From NCBI RefSeq assembly GCF_006345805.1, contig NC_043022.1:14198001-14262000 (forward strand): DNA of 64,000 nucleotides, given 5' to 3'. The notes below the pieces were generated by a model that had not been told where the DNA came from, made no database searches, and saw only the letters and a program-made list of their open reading frames with translations. This document shows positions 62,856 through 64,000 of this stretch, piece after piece. A program made the position numbers and the translations under genes. The stretch is from Octopus sinensis (taxonomy: Eukaryota). Positions within the stretch are counted from its first letter, which is position 1, and the number at the start of each line of letters is the position of its first letter.

Positions 62856-63219
62856 AATTAAAAAATAAGAGAGACATACATACATTCATACATACACACA
62901 CACAAATACATCTGTCTATACATACACACATACATGCATGCATAGATACATACATATATAAATATGCGAGCCTACACACACACACACTGGAATGCACACA
63001 CATGCACACAACAAGGTCTCAGACAGACAATTGCAGCCTCTTTAGCAGACTAGGACACTGCAAAGTCCCAGGAAAGTTTGCAGATAGCAACAAAACAGCT
63101 TTGACAAAAACAACGAAACAATAAAAAAACAAATGATTTATTGTTTAACCCCTTAGAGAAGGATTTAGTGGTGACGGTTTGTGCTGTGTCCCCGGTATTA
63201 GGCCGTTCAGCAACTCTCT

Positions 63220-63413
63220 CTCTTTTACTCTTTTACTTGTTTCAGTCATTTGACTGCGGCCATGCTGGAGCACCGCCTTTAGTCGATCAAATCGACCCCG
63301 GGACTTATTCTTTGTAAGCCCAGTACTTATTCTATCGGTCCTTTTGCCAAACCGCTAGGTGACGGGGACGTAAACACACCAGCATCGGTTGTCAAGCAAT
63401 GCTAGGGGGACAA

Positions 63414-63452
<39 letters not shown>

Positions 63453-63624
63453 CATATATACGACAGGCGTCTTTCAGTTTCCGTCTACCAAATCCACTCA
63501 CAAGGCATTGGTCGGCCCGAGGCTATAGCAGAAGACACTTGCCCAAGATGCCACGCAGTGGGACTGAACCCGCAACCATGTGGTTGGTTAGCAAGCTACT
63601 TACCACACAGCCACTCCTGCGCCT
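63220..63624 (-). mobile_element. SINE family 1, full length
   Basis: Family similarity. Confidence 0.9.
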
Positions 63625-64000
63625 ATATAATTATACATACAAGGAACTTGACAGACTCTTCTTAGTGTGGCATATTTGAAAACATGGTGTCGTGCAGAGC
63701 GAGACATCACACTGCTCACACACCCAGTGTTTTGATGTGATCAGTACTGCTTTCTGTCTGCAAGAGCTTCAACCAAGTTAAACAAATAATTGTTTCGTTA
63801 GTTGGATATTTAACCAATTGACTAAAAATAGAGAAAGGCAATTGAATCAAGGAGTGTGTTAATAACACTGGCTTTAATGACTCACCCTATTCACCACAAA
63901 ATGTATGTATGTCATTATTCAGTTTTATTTCAGGATTTCCGGCCAATAGAGAAACAGCTGGTTTCTAACCGCGATCCAAGAGGGTCAAGAGGGTATCGTT

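Overview
AT-rich, repeat-dominated animal DNA, with no bacterial-type genes, rRNA or CRISPR arrays. The repeat landscape suggests a coleoid cephalopod, probably Octopus; this is an inference from the tRNA-derived SINE families, RTE LINE tails and dense (TA)n/(TATC)n/(CATA)n/(AAT)n microsatellites. Almost all ORFs in the track are microsatellite or SINE artefacts. One convincing host exon is present: minus strand 4462-4861, encoding a PTB/PID-like domain. There are also candidate micro-exons and candidate first exons on the same strand, so much of the window is probably intron or upstream DNA of that gene. The rest comprises four SINE families; relics of RTE, L1/Tx1 and CRE LINEs; relics or MITEs of mariner, maT (DD37D), Tc1 (DD36E), Tc2, hAT, piggyBac, Merlin and Helitron elements; several long palindromes; and young satellites. 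The most notable signal is a set of about 10 minimal type-I hammerhead ribozyme-like motifs in Penelope-like fragments, mostly lying in microsatellites. Two have intact CUGANGA/GAAA cores, one family has a swapped G3-C8 pair, several carry U4C, and one lies downstream of a tRNA-like Pol III promoter. All structures were read by eye; no searches or folding programs were run.
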